From positions 336,990 to 400,989 of the forward strand of contig JBLWTJ010000003.1 in assembly GCA_048270185.1 (NCBI GenBank): a DNA stretch of 64,000 nt, given 5' to 3'. Both the position numbers and the translations under genes were made by a program. The DNA comes from Bacteriovoracaceae bacterium. GTDB taxonomy: Bacteria; Bdellovibrionota; Bacteriovoracia; Bacteriovoracales; Bacteriovoracaceae. Shown in pieces: positions 61,047-64,000 of this stretch; positions within the stretch are counted from its first letter, which is position 1; each line of letters starts with the position of its first letter. Under the pieces are notes generated by a model that did not search any database, was not told the origin of the DNA, and saw nothing but the letters and a program-made list of their open reading frames with translations.

Positions 61047-63479
61047 ATGTTAATTAGTATTGATTGGATTAAAGATTTCGTAAACGTACCTGAGCTTGAT
61101 GCAAATGAGCTTGGTTCTAAGTTTACTCTTGCAACTGCTGAGGTTGAAGATGTTCTGTCTGTCGGAGATCACCTTGAGGCCATCACTGTTGTTGAAGTAT
61201 TAGAAAAAGAAAAACACCCAGAAGCAGATAAGCTTAACCTTGTAACTTTCACAAACGGTAAGGATAAGTTTCAAGTTGTTTGTGGTGCTGCTAACGTACG
61301 CGTTGGTATGCGCACAGCTTATGCTCCATTAGGAATTACACTTCCTAATGGCCTAACTCTTGAGCCTAAGAAGATCCGTGGCGTTCTTTCTGAAGGAATG
61401 CTTTGTTCTGAGGAAGAGCTAGGCTTTGCTGAAGATTCAGCGGGAATTATCGAATTGGATAAATTATTTGATAACCCAGAGCTTGGGACAAATATGCTCA
61501 CTCTTTTCAATGAGACAAAAGATGTTCTTTTAGATGTTGATAATAAGTCCCTTACTCACAGGCCAGATCTTTGGGGACACTTTGGAATTGCACGCGAATT
61601 TGCAACGATTTTTGATCAAGAATTGAAGGTTCCATTTACTGATTCATGGGCATCTGAACTTAAATCAAAATTTAACACAGAAGCAGCACCAATTAAGATT
61701 AAAGTCGAAGATGATACGAGCTGTCTTGGTTACTTTGGTCTTAGTGTTGATAACGTTAAGGTAGGAGAGTCTCCTGCATGGATGAAAAGACGCCTGCAGG
61801 CAGTAGGTCTTCGTCCAATTAACAATATCGTTGATATCTCAAATTACGTCATGCTTGAGCTTGGAATCCCTCTGCATATTTTTGATCGCACAAAAATCAA
61901 TGGAGATACTGTAGTAATTAGTTCTCTTAAGTCAGAAGTTGAATTCACAACTCTTGATGAAGAGAGTAGAAAACTAGTCCCAGGAGACACTGTTATTGGT
62001 GATTCTCAGAAGCCTCTTGTTCTCGCAGGGATTATGGGGGGACTTAATAGTGGTGTTGATGAGAAGACGACTCAGATCTTTATTGAGGTTGCTAATTGGA
62101 AGGCCGCTGAAGTTAGAAAGACTTCTACTCGTTTAGGTCTTCGTACAGATTCATCTTCAAGATATGAAAAGACTCTTGATTCACTCATGCTTGAAAGAAC
62201 TCTTTTAAGAACTCTTGAATATGTTTTAAAAGAAAACCCAGAAGCTAAGGTTGTAGGTGATTTACAATACGATGGCCCAGATCTCTCAAAGATTGAAGCT
62301 GTTTGTATTGAATCAAGCGTTGCTAAAATTAATAAAGCATTAGGTAAGGATATTTCTTTTGATGAAATGAAGAAGATCTTTACTAGTCTTGATATTCAAA
62401 TCGAAGGAAGCCAAGAAAATTTTAAAGCTCATATTCCAAGTTATCGAGCGACAAAAGATATCGAAACAGGTTCATGTCTTGTTGAAGAGATTGGACGTAT
62501 GATTGGATTTGATAATATTAATCCTGTTTCTCCTAAGCTTGATATTGCTCCTGTAAAGTTAAGTCCAGCGCAAAAACTGCATCGTCGTATGAAGAACTTT
62601 ATGGTTAATCATGCAAGCGCATTTGAAGTAATGACTTATCCAATGATTGGCCCATCTCTTTTAAAGAAAGCAATGTATGATCATAAAGGCGGATTAGAGT
62701 TAATTAATGCTCTTTCAAATGATGCATCTCTTATGCGTGAATCACTTGCTCCTTCTTTTTTAGAAGCAGCTGCTCAGAATGCTAAGAACTCAAATGCGTT
62801 TAAGTTCTTTGAAATTGGCCGCACTTATCACGCAAACGATAAAGACTTTGTTAAAGAAGAAAGTGTCTTTGGTGCTTTATACTTTGATAAGAATGAAACA
62901 CCTTTCATGCAACTATTAAACGATACAACTCGCTTACTAGATTCTTGTAATGTTAATTATCAATTAAACGAGCGCAATCCTAAGTTTAAAAGCAATGCCA
63001 TTAATGAAGAGTGGAGCGGTATTCATCCATTTGAATTTTATAACTTAAGAATTCAAGGAAAGATGGATGGAGTTATCTTCTCTGTTCATCCTTTAATCCT
63101 TAAGCAATTTAAGATTAAAGGTAATGTATCAATTGCTATTGTTAATATGAGTGCATTTGAATCACGTGAACAAAAAGATAAGGTAAAGTATTCACCACTT
63201 GCTAAGTTCCCTGGCTCTACTTTTGATTGTACTGTTGAGGTTGCGACAGATACTGCTGTTGGTTCAATCCTTAATAGTCTTTCTAAAGTGAAGATCAAAG
63301 AGCTAGTTTCAACTTCTATTGCTGATATCTTTGTTCAAAAAGAAGAAAATAAGAAGTCAGTTACAGTAAGAAGTGAATTCCTTGATCCAAATAACACTTT
63401 ATCGGGTGAATTCATCACTGAAGCTTCAAATAAAATCGTCGAAACTTTAGAAAAAGCAGGATTTCCACTTAAGAAATAA
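61047..63479 (+). CDS. pheT: Phenylalanine--tRNA ligase beta subunit
   Basis: HP.ADKL, VCGA.NV, RGV.SEGM.CS..EL, R.INN.VDI.NY, LAG.MGG, EEI.R..G, FEIG. Confidence 0.96.
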   Translation: MLISIDWIKDFVNVPELDANELGSKFTLATAEVEDVLSVGDHLEAITVVEVLEKEKHPEADKLNLVTFTNGKDKFQVVCGAANVRVGMRTAYAPLGITLPNGLTLEPKKIRGVLSEGMLCSEEELGFAEDSAGIIELDKLFDNPELGTNMLTLFNETKDVLLDVDNKSLTHRPDLWGHFGIAREFATIFDQELKVPFTDSWASELKSKFNTEAAPIKIKVEDDTSCLGYFGLSVDNVKVGESPAWMKRRLQAVGLRPINNIVDISNYVMLELGIPLHIFDRTKINGDTVVISSLKSEVEFTTLDEESRKLVPGDTVIGDSQKPLVLAGIMGGLNSGVDEKTTQIFIEVANWKAAEVRKTSTRLGLRTDSSSRYEKTLDSLMLERTLLRTLEYVLKENPEAKVVGDLQYDGPDLSKIEAVCIESSVAKINKALGKDISFDEMKKIFTSLDIQIEGSQENFKAHIPSYRATKDIETGSCLVEEIGRMIGFDNINPVSPKLDIAPVKLSPAQKLHRRMKNFMVNHASAFEVMTYPMIGPSLLKKAMYDHKGGLELINALSNDASLMRESLAPSFLEAAAQNAKNSNAFKFFEIGRTYHANDKDFVKEESVFGALYFDKNETPFMQLLNDTTRLLDSCNVNYQLNERNPKFKSNAINEEWSGIHPFEFYNLRIQGKMDGVIFSVHPLILKQFKIKGNVSIAIVNMSAFESREQKDKVKYSPLAKFPGSTFDCTVEVATDTAVGSILNSLSKVKIKELVSTSIADIFVQKEENKKSVTVRSEFLDPNNTLSGEFITEASNKIVETLEKAGFPLKK

Positions 63480-63514
63480 TAACTTTTGAAAGAAATACTC
63501 ATTTTTATAAAATT

Positions 63515-63539
63515 GGCCGTCTTTTAGACGGCCTTTTTT
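63515..63539 (+). terminator. Intrinsic terminator after pheT
   Basis: GGCCGTCT-TTT-AGACGGCC followed by T6. Confidence 0.9.
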
Positions 63540-63668
63540 ATTTCCTATCACAAAAACTGCATTAACTAGAAATCAGTAACTTACGACACTAAAAGTAGGT
63601 TTAACTACTACTGAAAATCACACCATCTAATAATGGTAAGTAATTAATATTGTTATTATAATTAATTC

Positions 63669-63728
63669 AAAAAAAAATTAAAAAAAGAGAAAAAAAGTAT
63701 TGACGGAGTAGATGCAATTACATAATAT
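63669..63728 (+). promoter_or_regulatory. rrn-type P1 sigma70 promoter with UP element
   Basis: A-tracts 63669-63696; TTGACG (63700) - 17 bp - TAATAT (63723). Confidence 0.7.
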
Positions 63729-63815
63729 GCATCTCGTTCCAAACAACAAACGAAACAAAACAAATCGTTAGCAAAACGATCTTGATTTTTTTTCTCAAAA
63801 TTGTTTAAAAAAGAC

Positions 63816-63861
63816 TTTACAACGTTAAGTTGAACATATAGTCTCGGACAGCTCTTTAACA
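63816..63861 (+). promoter_or_regulatory. rrn-type P2 promoter and boxA antiterminator
   Basis: TTTACA - 17 bp - TAGTCT, then GCTCTTTAACA (boxA) at 63851-63861. Confidence 0.7.
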
Positions 63862-64000
63862 TTCAAATAATAGATAAAAAGTTTTGCTACCTCGGTAGCG
63901 AACAAGATGAGAAGAAATCCAAAAATAAGTTTTAAACGGTATTTTAAAGATCTGACGTAACTGAATCATTGAAGTTACTTCAATCAGTCAGATGCCATTT

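Noticed and set aside
63662..63862. 66-aa minus-strand ORF
   Set aside because: Low-complexity antisense reading of the rrn promoter region.

Overview
A 64 kb, AT-rich, gene-dense bacterial chromosome segment. Gene content and style suggest a predatory Bdellovibrionota member (Halobacteriovorax/Bacteriovorax-like); this is an inference and no database was searched. Most genes are housekeeping: ald, an M16 peptidase pair, pepN, fbaA, ade, a fused 2-oxoacid dehydrogenase E1, hemF, a suf operon, argS, cmk, heptose/LPS genes and pheST. The window ends in what looks like the promoter/boxA leader of an rRNA operon. Notable loci: (1) a compact, apparently complete ceramide pathway (SPT, GNAT ceramide synthase, reductase, convergent fatty-acid hydroxylase); (2) a RAYT-type HUH transposase bracketed by a perfect 27-bp inverted repeat, with weaker GTAGGT-starting motifs elsewhere; (3) a FecR / TPR-beta-barrel / CHASE2 adenylate cyclase trans-envelope signalling triad; (4) one ORF fusing two different pseudouridine synthase families; (5) a membrane P-loop protein with degenerate Walker motifs coupled to MscS; (6) an LD-carboxypeptidase / bitopic protein / bactofilin cell-shape cluster, divergent from an acidic coiled-coil protein and a diguanylate cyclase. 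No CRISPR array, tRNA or prophage was seen.
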